From the NCBI GenBank assembly GCA_010015585.1, contig ML975150.1: a stretch of DNA of 64,000 nucleotides; one strand, given 5' to 3'. Numbering within the stretch: position 1 is the first letter of the stretch; every line of letters starts with the position of its first letter. Below, one piece after another: positions 51,217-62,866 of the stretch. This stretch comes from Eremomyces bilateralis CBS 781.70 (taxonomy: Eukaryota). The notes beneath the pieces are model-generated. The model was not told where the DNA came from, ran no database searches, and was given only the letters and a program-made list of their open reading frames with translations. The position numbers and the translations under genes were made by a program.

Positions 51217-53874
51217 TCAGAGCTGCTTGCGGTTCCACCGCTGCTTCTCCCGCCAAATGCAGCATACGCTCCGCTCTTCGCACCATTTCTGCACCATCCA
51301 CGCCTTCAACTTCACCTCCTTTAGTTTCGCCGCTTGTCTCTGGGAACCATATGGCCCCGTTTGGGCCTCAGCTGGCATCTCGGCCTTGGCAAGTCCCTCG
51401 TCACGAAGCCAATCTGCAAGATCCTCGATGATAATCGGCTCATACATCATGATGCGTTCATGCCACGAGAATGGCCGAGGATCATCTTCTGTGTCCCTCT
51501 CCGGTGCTGTCGAAGCTTTCACTCTCCTCGTGATCTCCGGGAACAGCGTCGCTCGGAGATGATCTACCCACTTCAAGAAAGCCGCGTCTGTCCCCTCTGT
51601 CGTAGTAAGAACAAATTCACCCACAGCTTCCACATCGGCTGGTTGGAGATAGCCAGTTTGCCGACCGGCCGCGCTGCCAGAGACGAGTTGCAGCTCCGCT
51701 CCCTTCTTAGGAGGGGGATTCCTCCGCGGCGGTGACGGGGTAGAGCCTTCTTCGGAGTCGCAAATATCCTCAATGGGCAAAAATACATCTTCGTCATTAA
51801 CGATTGTGGCCTCCGTGGTATTATTTAGACGACCTCTTCCTTTCTTGGCAGGAGAGGTAGAGAGCAGGCGTGCCTGACTCAAGTGAGCATCAGGTCGTGG
51901 GTATGTTGGCCGGACTGATGAATGTCTTGACGGAAAGGCAAACGGCCCTTCGCTGCTGATCGATGACCTTGGAGGTGTCGTACCATCGGAGGATATTGTG
52001 ATAGCGCTCGACTTTAACCCGATATTAGATGACCCGGCGCCAGCAAGGCTTTCCCGTAGAGAAGTGTCTGTTTTTGAATCCATTGAGGTTGTCTGGGGCT
52101 CGTCGCGCATCAGCCGGTCGATATCGACCCACTCGTCCTCTCCAGACTTCGGCAATGAGGTCTGTGTGTTCTGCTTTAGATCCGCTTCGGAAGAGCCGCG
52201 TCTGGGTCCGGACAGACCTAGTGACTCTGACCAGCTCGGGAAGCCAGACACCTTGGTAGAAACAGGCTCTTCCTCGAGCGACATGTCAGCGTCATATTCA
52301 TTTTCCCGTGCCCCCGCTGCCCATAGGTTCCTGCTTGGGCCGGAGACTGATCTCCGGAAGCGACTTTTAGGCGGAGACGTCCGGCGAACGGGGGGTGCAT
52401 CACGCTCCGACTCTCGCATTGCCTGGATGATTTGCCGTGTAAAGGTAGGCGATTCATCGGCAGCCAACTGACTCGCCGTTCCGAAGAGGATATTTTGTTG
52501 GTGAAGCCGTTCCGCGACAGTTTTGGGTGATACGAGCTTCGGCTTCGCGACCTTTGTGGCCTTTTTCTTTGGTTCGGTATTCTTCTTCCGCTTCGAAGTG
52601 ATGGTAGCATTGGTCTTAGGCAGCTTGCCGGTTTTCTTCCTTTTTGTTGCTTTGGAGGGCGGTTTGGGCTCTGGATTTTGGCCGGCTTGAAGTACGTTGC
52701 AGATAGACTGCATGGCCGCTTGTTCAATCGGTGGTTGCTCAGGCTCCAATCGGTAATGTGCTGTTGCAATCTCCGTGATTGTCCGAACGCCTTTCTTTTT
52801 CTTTGCAGGTGCTACCTGTGGCGGTTTAGGTTCGGGGATAGGCACTGGAACAGGCGCTGGGGGAGACTCGCTGACTGGAGTGTTTAAGGGTTGCACCAGC
52901 TATGAAGTAGTTAGTATGCAAACTCTCATCTTGGATTGTGGGATAAATACCTCTATCCGTCGTCGCTTCGTTAGAGCTTCACCGCCAACGTCGGACTTAC
53001 TCAAGACCGTGGCATCTGCTTCGGCATATGCGAATCTGTCCAAAAAGCTGGAGATGTCCGTTGCAGGGCGTGGAGAAACACTGCCACTCAGAATATCCCG
53101 ATCTACATCACCCTGAAGTTCTGAGTGCTTTGGAGGGGTCCAGTTTGATTTCCGGGAGACAGCCCGTGATAAATCTGCCGTATTAATATTTTCTGGCGAC
53201 GTTCGCCGTGAATGGGCCTGTATTGCGGCCGGTGAAAAGTATTCTGAACGCTCCCTCGAGCTCTTGCGCCGCCTCTCCTTCCTGGGCCTAGAAGACGGCT
53301 TCATCTTGTTGTCATTGGCATCTCGAGGCGGCAGATCTGGTCTCTCTAGCGGGTCGTGATCCTCGATTGTTCCTAACGGCGTGGCGGTCTTGTCCAGTTC
53401 AGTGCCGAGTGAAAGTTCTACTCCCTTGAGAACAGAATCATTACATTCGTCGCTCTTCCTCTTTGGCACCCGCTTTGGACGGGGGTGATATTCCCCATTA
53501 GGGTTTGCCTCCTGAACCTTCAAGTTCTGCTTCTTGGTCCGTTTTTGAGATCGATCCGGCTTTCTCTTGGTGTTTGTGTTTTCCGTATCGGATGGAACCT
53601 CCCAGACATCCACCTCCTTCGGCTTAAGAGTATAAACTCCATCCTTGACAAGTTTTGCGACGCTGGTGAAGCCGGTGATCGCATCGTCCGGTATCTGTGC
53701 AGCTTGCGATCCGCTTCTAAGCGGGGTTTTCTTCGGCTTCGTCTGATGAATCACCTCAAAGAGTGAAGGAAGGTCGTCTGATGATGGCTCGCCATATTTC
53801 GGCCGGTTCGCTTTGCGACTGTCTGTTGGATCTCTTGGGGAAGAGGACAGGATTACGAGGTCGAAGGCAGACAT
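51217..53874 (-). CDS. SLX4: Structure-specific endonuclease subunit Slx4, 2 exons
   Basis: TITEIATAHY, LFGTASQLAADESPTF and the C-terminal SWHERIMMYEPIIIEDLADWL..VQKWCEERSVCCIWRE. Confidence 0.9.
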
Positions 53875-54300
53875 TCGGGTTGAAAATTGCGAGCAACGTA
53901 CAACCGCCCGCGAGGAGAAGAGTCAAGGAATCATTGTTGGGAATCTTTTGGTTCCAATACTCCAGTACTCCTACTGTGAACGCATACACGCATCAATATC
54001 GGCTATGGTAGAGTTTAAGGAGCTGGGGCTGCATATGGCGCGCGACTTCGCGATTTGGTCAATGAAGGAAAACGCGATCCAACACGGGGTCACGTGACAG
54101 CGCTATCGGGCGTCACTTTCTGCTGGAAGCTCAACAGCTTCGAAAATTTCTCTTGGGAAGCACGATAGCTCCCACGTATGAAAATCATGGTAAACATTCT
54201 ATGTCCAATTTCTCATTGAAAGCCTTGATAGACCCCTTCTTCAGTACCGACATTACTTGGAAAGCTCCTACTTAACTACAGGTCGGATACAACTGCGAAA

Positions 54301-55389
54301 ATGGCAAACACCAAACCTTCCGACGACACCCCACTCACATACGCCGCCTCTGGTGTTTCAATCTCATCGGGGAACGACCTTGTTCGCCTCATCAAACCAA
54401 TTGTTGCGTCCACTGCTCAGCCTGGAACGACCTCGTCAATTGGTGGCTTTGGCGGTGTCTTTTCTCTACACGATGCAGGCTTTCCTGGCGCACCAACCCT
54501 CGTTTCCGGCATCGATGGCATCGGCACCAAAGTCAAGATTGCGTTTGCATTGGGGAAGCACGATACTGTGGGCATTGACTTGGTAGCGATGAACGTCAAT
54601 GACCTGGTGGTTCAAGGCGCGAGGCCTCTGTTCTTCCTCGATTACTATGCGTGTGGAGAACTGAAGGTTCAAGATACCGTGGAATTCGTCCGAGGTGTCG
54701 CTGAGGGATGTCGTCAGTCAGGAGCGTCATTGGTAGGAGGTGAGACGGCCGAAATGCCGGGCGTTTACACCAAGGGTGAATATGATGCTGCTGGCTGTGC
54801 CGTTGGTGCTCTGCCGCATGGCGCTAAGGTCCTTCCCGACATCAACTCCATGAGATCTGAGGATGTGCTACTCGGTCTGGGTAGCAGCGGCTTGCACAGC
54901 AATGGGTTCAGCTTGGTTCGCAAGATTGTCGAAAGAGCTGGCTTGAATTATTCCGACCCCGCTCCCTGGGACCAAAGCACGACCGTGGGTGCGAGTCTAC
55001 TAACGCCGACCAAAATCTATGTGAAAAGTCTACTGAAGGCCGTCGATGCCGGGGCCATCAAAGGCATGGCGCATATCACCGGGGGCGGGCTTGTTGAAAA
55101 CATTCCGAGGATGTTGCCAAAGACGCTGGAAGCAGTGGTCGATGCCGCGTCGTACCCTGTCCCACCGGAGATGCAATGGCTGAAGAAGACTGGTCAGATC
55201 GAGGATACCGAGTTCGCAAGAGTCTGGAACACTGGCATTGGCATGGTACTCGTTGTGGACTCGAGCGATGCCAAGAAGACGATCAAAATCTTGGAGGCCG
55301 AAGGCGAAAAGGTATACACGGTCGGCCGCCTCGCAGACAGGACGTCACCCGACGGCTGTGTTGTCCAGAATATGTCAGCCTGGAGTTGA
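54301..55389 (+). CDS. purM: Phosphoribosylformylglycinamidine cyclo-ligase (AIR synthetase, PurM/Ade7 domain only)
   Basis: TYAASGVSI, IGGFGG, DGIGTK, GIDLVAMNVNDL, GGETAEMPG, SSGLHSNGFSLVRK and AHITGGGL. 362 aa, single exon, no GARS domain. Confidence 0.95.
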   Translation: MANTKPSDDTPLTYAASGVSISSGNDLVRLIKPIVASTAQPGTTSSIGGFGGVFSLHDAGFPGAPTLVSGIDGIGTKVKIAFALGKHDTVGIDLVAMNVNDLVVQGARPLFFLDYYACGELKVQDTVEFVRGVAEGCRQSGASLVGGETAEMPGVYTKGEYDAAGCAVGALPHGAKVLPDINSMRSEDVLLGLGSSGLHSNGFSLVRKIVERAGLNYSDPAPWDQSTTVGASLLTPTKIYVKSLLKAVDAGAIKGMAHITGGGLVENIPRMLPKTLEAVVDAASYPVPPEMQWLKKTGQIEDTEFARVWNTGIGMVLVVDSSDAKKTIKILEAEGEKVYTVGRLADRTSPDGCVVQNMSAWS

Positions 55390-55842
55390 GCGCTGCCACC
55401 TGGCGTGCGTGGCCAATACAATATGGCCCATATTACTGCAGATGATTTAATTCATGAGCTAGCATGTACGTATCATCCTTTTCCGCTTGAGTGCGCTTTT
55501 GTCGATGCAACGAACCGCAACATCCTGTATACTGCCGCTTGCCTAAATCAAGCTTCCTCACAGAACAGCGCGCTCCAGGTACGTCTTGTGCTTTGGACGT
55601 TGCTGGTGGCAGTCATGGTGCAGATATTAGTTTATCTCTTGTTGCAAGATTGGACAACGGACGGTCATAGTGCGCAAGCTTTCCGGTCATCACTGATCTA
55701 GAAGTTTGAGCCTCCAAGAGTCCTACATTTTCAACAAACTTCCTCCCACTTTGCTTAGTAACAATTTGTTATCTTGCTTCCTTTCTCTTCCTTGGGACAA
55801 GTCTGAGACCTTTCTGACTTTTGGATAGGGCGAGACGCCGTT

Positions 55843-57832
55843 CTATTTGGCTAAGCGGCCGGATGCTGCAATACCTAACTCCCCTCTGGCTCTTGAATCC
55901 GCTTCATTAGGATCAACGAACTTCAACGAACGATAACGCGCATCCCACATCTGCTCACGAATCCACTCTTCAAGCTCGTCATCGCTCTCCGGAATGTTCT
56001 CCACTTGGGCCAGCCCCTCCTTAACAGCCGCTTTGATGACTGCTCTTGCGATTTGGACACTGATCTCCCTAACATCTGTGACATCAGGCAATAGGGCAGC
56101 TTTGGGGTTCTTTAAAGCCGGCGCTTGTGCTGCCAATGCCTTGGTTGCTGCAACAAGTAAAGACGGCGGCATCAGTTTCGTCCGGCACAACACGGCACCG
56201 AGTCCGATTCCTGGGAATACCGTGGAATTGTTACATTCCGCTGTAGCCGTTAGCTAGGGACAGCTTGGTATTGCAAACGACGTACCGATTTCCAACTTCT
56301 CCCCATCATACTCCACTGGCGGGAATGGGCTGCCTGTGGCGACGAGGGCTTTCCCATCCGTCCATTTATAGAGATCCTCTGGCCGTGCTTCGTGAAGTTT
56401 CGTCGGGTTGCTAAGCGGGAAAATGATGGGCCGTTCCACATGCTTCGCCATTGTCCGAATGACTTTCTCGGTGAACGCCCTGGGGTTCGTTGAGGTTCCA
56501 ATTAACACATGCGGCTTCACCTCGTCGACCAAGGATGCGAGGTCTTTCCTCTCCTTGTTTTCCCATTCCTTGTCGTCCCGTGCATATGTCAGTTGCGCCT
56601 CTGTGAGATGCTTTTTATCGGATGTGAGCAGAAGTCCGGGCTTATCGACACACCAGATGTGTTGCGATGCCTCTTCACGAGAAATGGAGCCTTCTTGGGC
56701 AATTACATCCCGGAGTTGGTCCGAGATTCCCATTCCAGCACTTCCAGCCCCAAATATCATTATTCGAAGATCGGCCAACTTTATGTCGCTGACATGTGCT
56801 GCGGCCATGATTGCGGCTAACGTGACGCATCCTGTGCCTTGAACATCGTCGTTGAAACACGCAATCCGAGGCTGGTACTTGTCCAAGATTCTCCGCGCGT
56901 TCGCAAGACCGAAGTCTTCGAAGTGGATATATGCCTTTGGATATCGGTTTCGAACCGCTTGCACAAACTGGTCCACGAACGAGTCATATCTCTCCCCCCG
57001 AATTCGAGACTTCCGCAAACCGAGGTATAAGTCATCCTCTAGAAGCGTCTTGTTATCCGTGCCGCAGTCCAATACTACCGGCAATGTTCGGGACGGGTGG
57101 ATGCCAGCACAGAGTGTGTATAGGACAAGTTTCGCGATGGATATCAGAATGGCTCCGGAGCCCTGGTCGCCGACCCCCAGAATCTGCTCTCCATCACTGA
57201 CAACCACGACATCGATGTCGTCCGGATCGCCCCACTGCTTGATGTTATCATCAATCCGATCTTGGTCGTCGATGTTCAGAAAGCAGCCTTGCGGTCGGCG
57301 AAACAGCCTCGAGTAGTTCTCAATCGCCTCGCCTTCTGTAGGCGTATAGATCACCGAGAACATCTCTTTTAGATTGTCATGGAGAAGCCTGTAGTACAGC
57401 ACTTCACTCTGCTCTTTCATACTGGTCATGAAGGTGTTTTTGGCAATATCGGATGGACGGCTCGAATATTGCTCATAAGCACGCGCGACCTGCTGCTCGA
57501 GGGTTTGGACATTCTGAGGCAGGAGACCGTACAGCTTGAATTCCTTCCTCTCGTCAGGGGGGAATGCCGAGCCTTTGTTGAAGTATGGCGATTTGAGCAG
57601 AGCCGCACCCTAGCAGCATGGAATTAGCGACTACAAATCCGACTTGAATAAACAATAGAACGACATCTTCGTTGGGAAATTGCAGATATACGTGAATACA
57701 GGACACCATCACGTCCGCATTGAATTTCAAGCCAGGAACACTTACCGTCAAGGCACAGTTCAGAGGCCCAGATGTCGAGAGCGGCAAGTAGCCGAACTTG
57801 GGATTCTTTTCGGTCTTGTGAGGGGCATCCAT
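55843..57832 (-). CDS. MAE1: NAD-dependent malic enzyme, 3 exons
   Basis: VIYTPTEG, SDGEQILGVGDQG, HFEDF, FNDDVQGTG, GAGSAGMG, FPLSNPT and ATGSPF. Confidence 0.96.
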
Positions 57833-58371
57833 AATTGATTATATTTAGTTATGCACTCTTGAGGGAACGAATTGGAATTTGCGTTTGTGATTGTCGTCAC
57901 AACAGAAACCTTGAATTACCAGTGTAGGCGTAGGGAGTAGCATCTACCTCATCCTGAGCATAAACAATACGATACGTCATCAGTAGCTTCACGTTGTCAA
58001 CAGAAGGCACCAACAAGGCAAATATTCCTTACGGTAGAGAGGACTGCATGTGGACTGGATAGGCAGCATAGACAATATTATTTCTCAAGTTCTACAATTA
58101 ATACCTAATATTAACCTTAATTCATTGATGGATCAATAGTTCGACACATCGATGTGTCGAGTTCTGATGTCAGCTTCCAGTTCAGTGCTAGCTCCCCACA
58201 TCGGTGATGTCGTGATATTCGTCTCGTTATCAACCGAGATCTGCGAGCTTGGTTTCACTGATTGCGTTTAATCCAAGGCAAGGCTCCTCAGGAATGGAGC
58301 TACGGGAAGAATACAATATACCGGTTTTGTCATATAGTGTACCGGTAGTTGTTTCGATTTAGTTTGGGATT

Positions 58372-60937
58372 ATGGGACAGCCTCACATCATGTCGTCCGA
58401 CTCCCCCCCGAATGAGCAAACCCCGCTCATCACCATCGTTCACGTTGCTCCTCTTCGAAGACGATACCCTCACCAGCGACTTCGCCAGTTCTGCACCGGC
58501 CTGCTTTCTCTTGTCCTCATACTCTTCGTGGTCGCTTTCTTCTTGCTAGCGTTCGTCTTCGAGGATTGCAAGTCACCGAGGAGGTTGACGTTGAATGGGA
58601 AGCATCACCTACCATGTATCCCACATCATCCATTCCGAGAAGGTAACGATATATTCCGCGTCGATGGCACCCAGAGTCTGCAAGACGGTCCTTCGACTTC
58701 GAGCATCAGCCAGACTGTCCTGTTCGATATCCTGAGCGAAACGCCAGACGAGCAGAAGGTGCGAGAGTGGAGCCAATATTACACCGCTGGACCGCACTTG
58801 GCAGGGAAGAATCTATCACAAGCAGAGTGGACGAAGGATCGCTGGGTAGAGTTCGGAATACCACAAACCGAGATCGTGTCATACGATATCTACGTCAATT
58901 ACCCGCGCGACCATCGTCTAGCGCTTCTCGAAAAAACCAAGTCCGGCAGCGATGAGGCAGCCGAATGGGGCGTCAAATACGAGGCCAGTTTGGAAGAAGA
59001 TGTCCTAGACGAGGATGGAACTAGTGGGCTGAAGGATAGAATCCCCACGTTCCATGGATATAGCGCGAGCGGGAATGTGACGGGACAATACGTTTTCGCG
59101 AACTACGGCACGTACTCGGATTTCGAGGAGCTGCAGAACGCAAACGTCAGCCTGGAAGGAAAAATCGCATTGATCAAGTATGGAGGAATATTCCGGGGGT
59201 TGACGGTGAAACGGGGCCAAGAATTGGGCATGATCGGTGCTGTCCTATACAGCGACCCTGGTGACGATGGAGCGGTCACCGAGGAGAACGGCGAAGAGGC
59301 GTATCCGAATGGTCCGGCAAGAGAACCGAGCAGTGTTCAGCGGGGCAGCGTTCAATTCCTCAGTGAGTTTCGGACTACGACGCCCAAGGTCTGACTAACT
59401 AATTGACAAAGGTATAGCTCCCGGCGATCCGACGACGCCTGGCTACCCTTCGAAGCCAGGAGTACCACGCCTCCCAGCGAATGCTTCGACGCCCTCGATT
59501 CCCTCCATACCAATATCATATCAGGATGCCCTCCCCCTCCTCAAAGCGCTCAACGGCCATGGCCCGAACGCGACCTCGTTCTCCGAACGCTGGCAACGTG
59601 GAGGGCTTGGCTACAAAGGCGTGGAATACAACGTCGGTCCCTCGCCGGCCCATCTGCAGCTCAACCTCGTCAATGATCAAGAATACGTTATTACGCCGAT
59701 GTGGAACGTCATCGGAATCATCAACGGCACGCTTCAAGACGAGGTGGTCATCCTCGGGAACCACCGTGATGCTTGGGTCGCTGGAGGTGCCGGCGATCCA
59801 AACAGCGGCTCCGCTGCCATGATCGAGGTCGTACGATCTTTTGGCAAAGCACTGGAGGCGGGCTGGAAGCCTCTCCGAACCATAGTTCTGGCGAGCTGGG
59901 ACGGCGAAGAATATGGTCTCCTCGGCAGCACCGAGTGGGTCGAGGAATATCTTCCTTGGCTCAACAGCAGTGCAGTGGCGTATCTCAACGTGGATGTTGG
60001 GTCCTCTGGTCCGCATTTTAAGGCTGCTGCGGCGCCCCTGCTGAACCAAATCTTGGTCGAGGTGATAGAATCGGTTCAATCGCCAAACCAGACCGTCAAA
60101 GGGCAAACGGTTGCAGACGTTTGGAATAAGAAGATCGCTACAATGGGCTCTGGAAGCGACTTCACAGCATTTCAAGATTTTGCTGGCATCCCTTCGATCG
60201 ATATCGGGTTCAGTGCAGAACCCGGTTCGGCAATATATCATTACCAGTACGCAATTGTCCTCCATTTTTGTCTCAAACTATGGTGTACTAACCCGAATAG
60301 CTCCAATTACGATAGCTTCGACTGGATGGACCGCCTTGGAGACCCTGGCTGGCATTATCACGTCACAATTGCGAAAGTCTGGGCACTCCTTGCCGCTCGT
60401 ATTGTTGAGAAGCCTGTGGTGGCCTTCAATGCCAAAGACTATGCCGAAGCACTGATCGGCTACCTCGACGGTGTCAAAAACCAAGTGTCGAATAGTACAG
60501 CACTTCAACTCGCCTTGTCGGAGGAAGGGTTTGAGGCCGAGCCGGCAACTCTCTTCCCTCGACTGACCGCAGCTTTGGATGTGTTGCTCACGGCGTCCGA
60601 GAGTCTCGATGCCAAAGCTGCAGTCCTAAAGGAGAAGCTCGGCCACGACATCCCCTGGTGGAAATGGTGGAAGAAGATCAAGCTTTACCACGCTATCCGG
60701 AAAGTGAACACAAAGTACAAGCTCCTGGAGCGAAAGTTTCTCTACCAGGAGGGATTGGATGGCCGCCCTTGGTACAAGCACACGGTGTTTGCGCCGGGCT
60801 TGTGGACGGGATATTCCGGCGCCACCTTCCCAGGACTTGTTGAATCTATCGAGCAGGGTGATACTGAAAATCTCAGGAAGTGGGAGGGAATTTTGGCCGA
60901 TGTCGTCAAGAAGGCAATCGGGTGGCTGGAGAAGTAG
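58372..60937 (+). CDS. Glutamate carboxypeptidase II-like M28 peptidase (PA and TfR dimerisation domains; Vps70/Tre family), 3 exons
   Basis: N-terminal TM segment, GPHLAG, YSDPGDDG, GNHRDAW, GAGDPNSGSA, SWDGEEYGLLGSTEW, GSGSDF and RPWYKHTVFAP. Confidence 0.95.
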
Positions 60938-61234
60938 TCGGCGGTGAAGGCCAGCGGACGCAATATATGGAATATGGTTGATGATGGAATGTAGCAGGTA
61001 GGGATGCTTAGATTTCGTAACCGCAGTAATAGGTCCCTCGGGGTGTCATAAATGCTTCCAGTGTCGAACTCCCAGACTCCTCCCTTTCGTGCAACTTTCC
61101 GTGCCTTCCGAATGCCCATAAGGTTAGCCAACCGTATACCTTGTTTCGTAAGACTAGATTCCAAAGACATTATAATCATGAACCGGTTTCCAATGCGCTC
61201 CTCAGCCTCTGGAATCCTACTTCACGGGAGCTTT

Positions 61235-62032
61235 CTAGCCCGCCTGTTTCTTGGCGAAGATTCCATACACCCCCCCCTGAGCCTTCACCTCCTCTTTCAA
61301 GCCCGCAAAACGCGCTTCCGGCAACCTCTTTCCGGCCTTCAAGCTCTCGATGACCCATTCAACGGTCACGAATTTCACCAGTCCGACGCCTCGTGACCGT
61401 TTCATATCATGTTCGATCTTTGTGGCCGCCAACCCTCCACCGCATCCGCGTTCTCGTGATGGGCGGCCAAGGATTACATGAGTGACCGATCGTCTCGCGA
61501 GTCCCATGGTCAGGTTTGCTCCATGCTGGACCAGGAGTTGTTTTAGCTTGTGGTCGGAGATTGTCGGGTACGTTGAGCCGTTGATGTAGATTTTGAGGGA
61601 GGAGAAAATTTGGGGATGCTGGTGTTCGCTGTTTGACTTCGGTGGTAACTTGATAGTGCTGCCGAGACCAGTCTCTTTGCTTTTTCCAACTCCCGTCGGT
61701 GGCTCTTTTGAAGCATGCTTTTTCATCCGCCCTCCCATCGAATCAAGGATGCTGACTTGTCTCTTCCCCTTCGACGTCCCCGCAACATCATGATCTCGAA
61801 CCTCATCTTTGCGATGGACGCCTCGGAGCCCATCCAGCCTCCGGTCCGAGCCAGAGAATTGCAGGCCCAACTTCGCATCTCGGAGATCCCTCCAGTGAAT
61901 AGAGTGTCCTACCTGATTCTCGGCCGTTTGGTACCCACTCGAGCCTGAGTTCCAGGGTTCAAACACCTCCCGCGATGGTTGCGCAGCTCTCAAAGGCTGG
62001 AGAGATGAGAACTTTGGCTTTGAAGTCGGCAA
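61235..62032 (-). CDS. BRCT-domain protein (start codon unresolved)
   Basis: FEPWNSGSSGYQTAEN, IFSSLKIYINGSTYPTISDHKLKQLLVQHG, VTHVI and FVTVEWVIESLKAGKRLPE. The ORF starts at TTG, so a small upstream exon is likely. Confidence 0.85.
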   Translation of the reverse strand: MPTSKPKFSSLQPLRAAQPSREVFEPWNSGSSGYQTAENQVGHSIHWRDLRDAKLGLQFSGSDRRLDGLRGVHRKDEVRDHDVAGTSKGKRQVSILDSMGGRMKKHASKEPPTGVGKSKETGLGSTIKLPPKSNSEHQHPQIFSSLKIYINGSTYPTISDHKLKQLLVQHGANLTMGLARRSVTHVILGRPSRERGCGGGLAATKIEHDMKRSRGVGLVKFVTVEWVIESLKAGKRLPEARFAGLKEEVKAQGGVYGIFAKKQAG

Positions 62033-62866
62033 GTAGTCGGATTGACTGCCTTCACCTGCGGTTCACTGCATCCCGTTTGTACACAGTACATATCTTGCAT
62101 GTAGCTGTGGGGATCTGCGGTGGTGGCGTTCTGGGAAGCGGGGACAGCGGGAGGACCGAGTCACCAAGAGCGCGAACGGATGTCTGCAGTGGTGTCGTTT
62201 TGCAAGCAATTTCCCCTCAGAGAATGAATGTCATTTGTCAAAGGAAGGAACTGTTATGAAGACGAGGATTCGTCCTGATGTGCAACGTCGTCATAACGGT
62301 TGAGAATCGAAATTAGATCGTGATGTTGTCCAGTTGGCCTTGCATCAACCTGCAACGTCTACGGGTGTCGCGCATCGCGTCGGCGTGGAGCAGAGAGGAT
62401 CCGCCACGATTGAGACACGCTATCACGTGATCCGATTAACGGTCTACCTGAACCTCACTTCATCTTCATCAGTACTTTGGACAAGCATACAACTAGAGAT
62501 TATTTCTCAGACCCTGGGGGTAATTATCACAATCAGACGACGGCATAGTCTCATGGTTTAGGACTGGCAGGTGGGGATCGTAGCACTTGATGCTTACTAA
62601 CATTTACTCATGCGGAGTCCTTCAGCTGGAGCCGGAAACAGTTTCGAAAGCACCCACTTATACTGATCTTTCTTATATCGGGACGTTGCTCCTCACAGTC
62701 CACAGATACAACATTAATAAGCTGGTCCTGTTCCCCTCCAACTATTTGCGAATGATCGTAGGCCTAGTCGATGCGTTTATTGATCCAGCCTATCCTACCC
62801 AAACTCAAAGGAGGCAATCGTTCCTTCAACAATCTTCGAAATCATCTATCTAGATCTTGTTCGACC

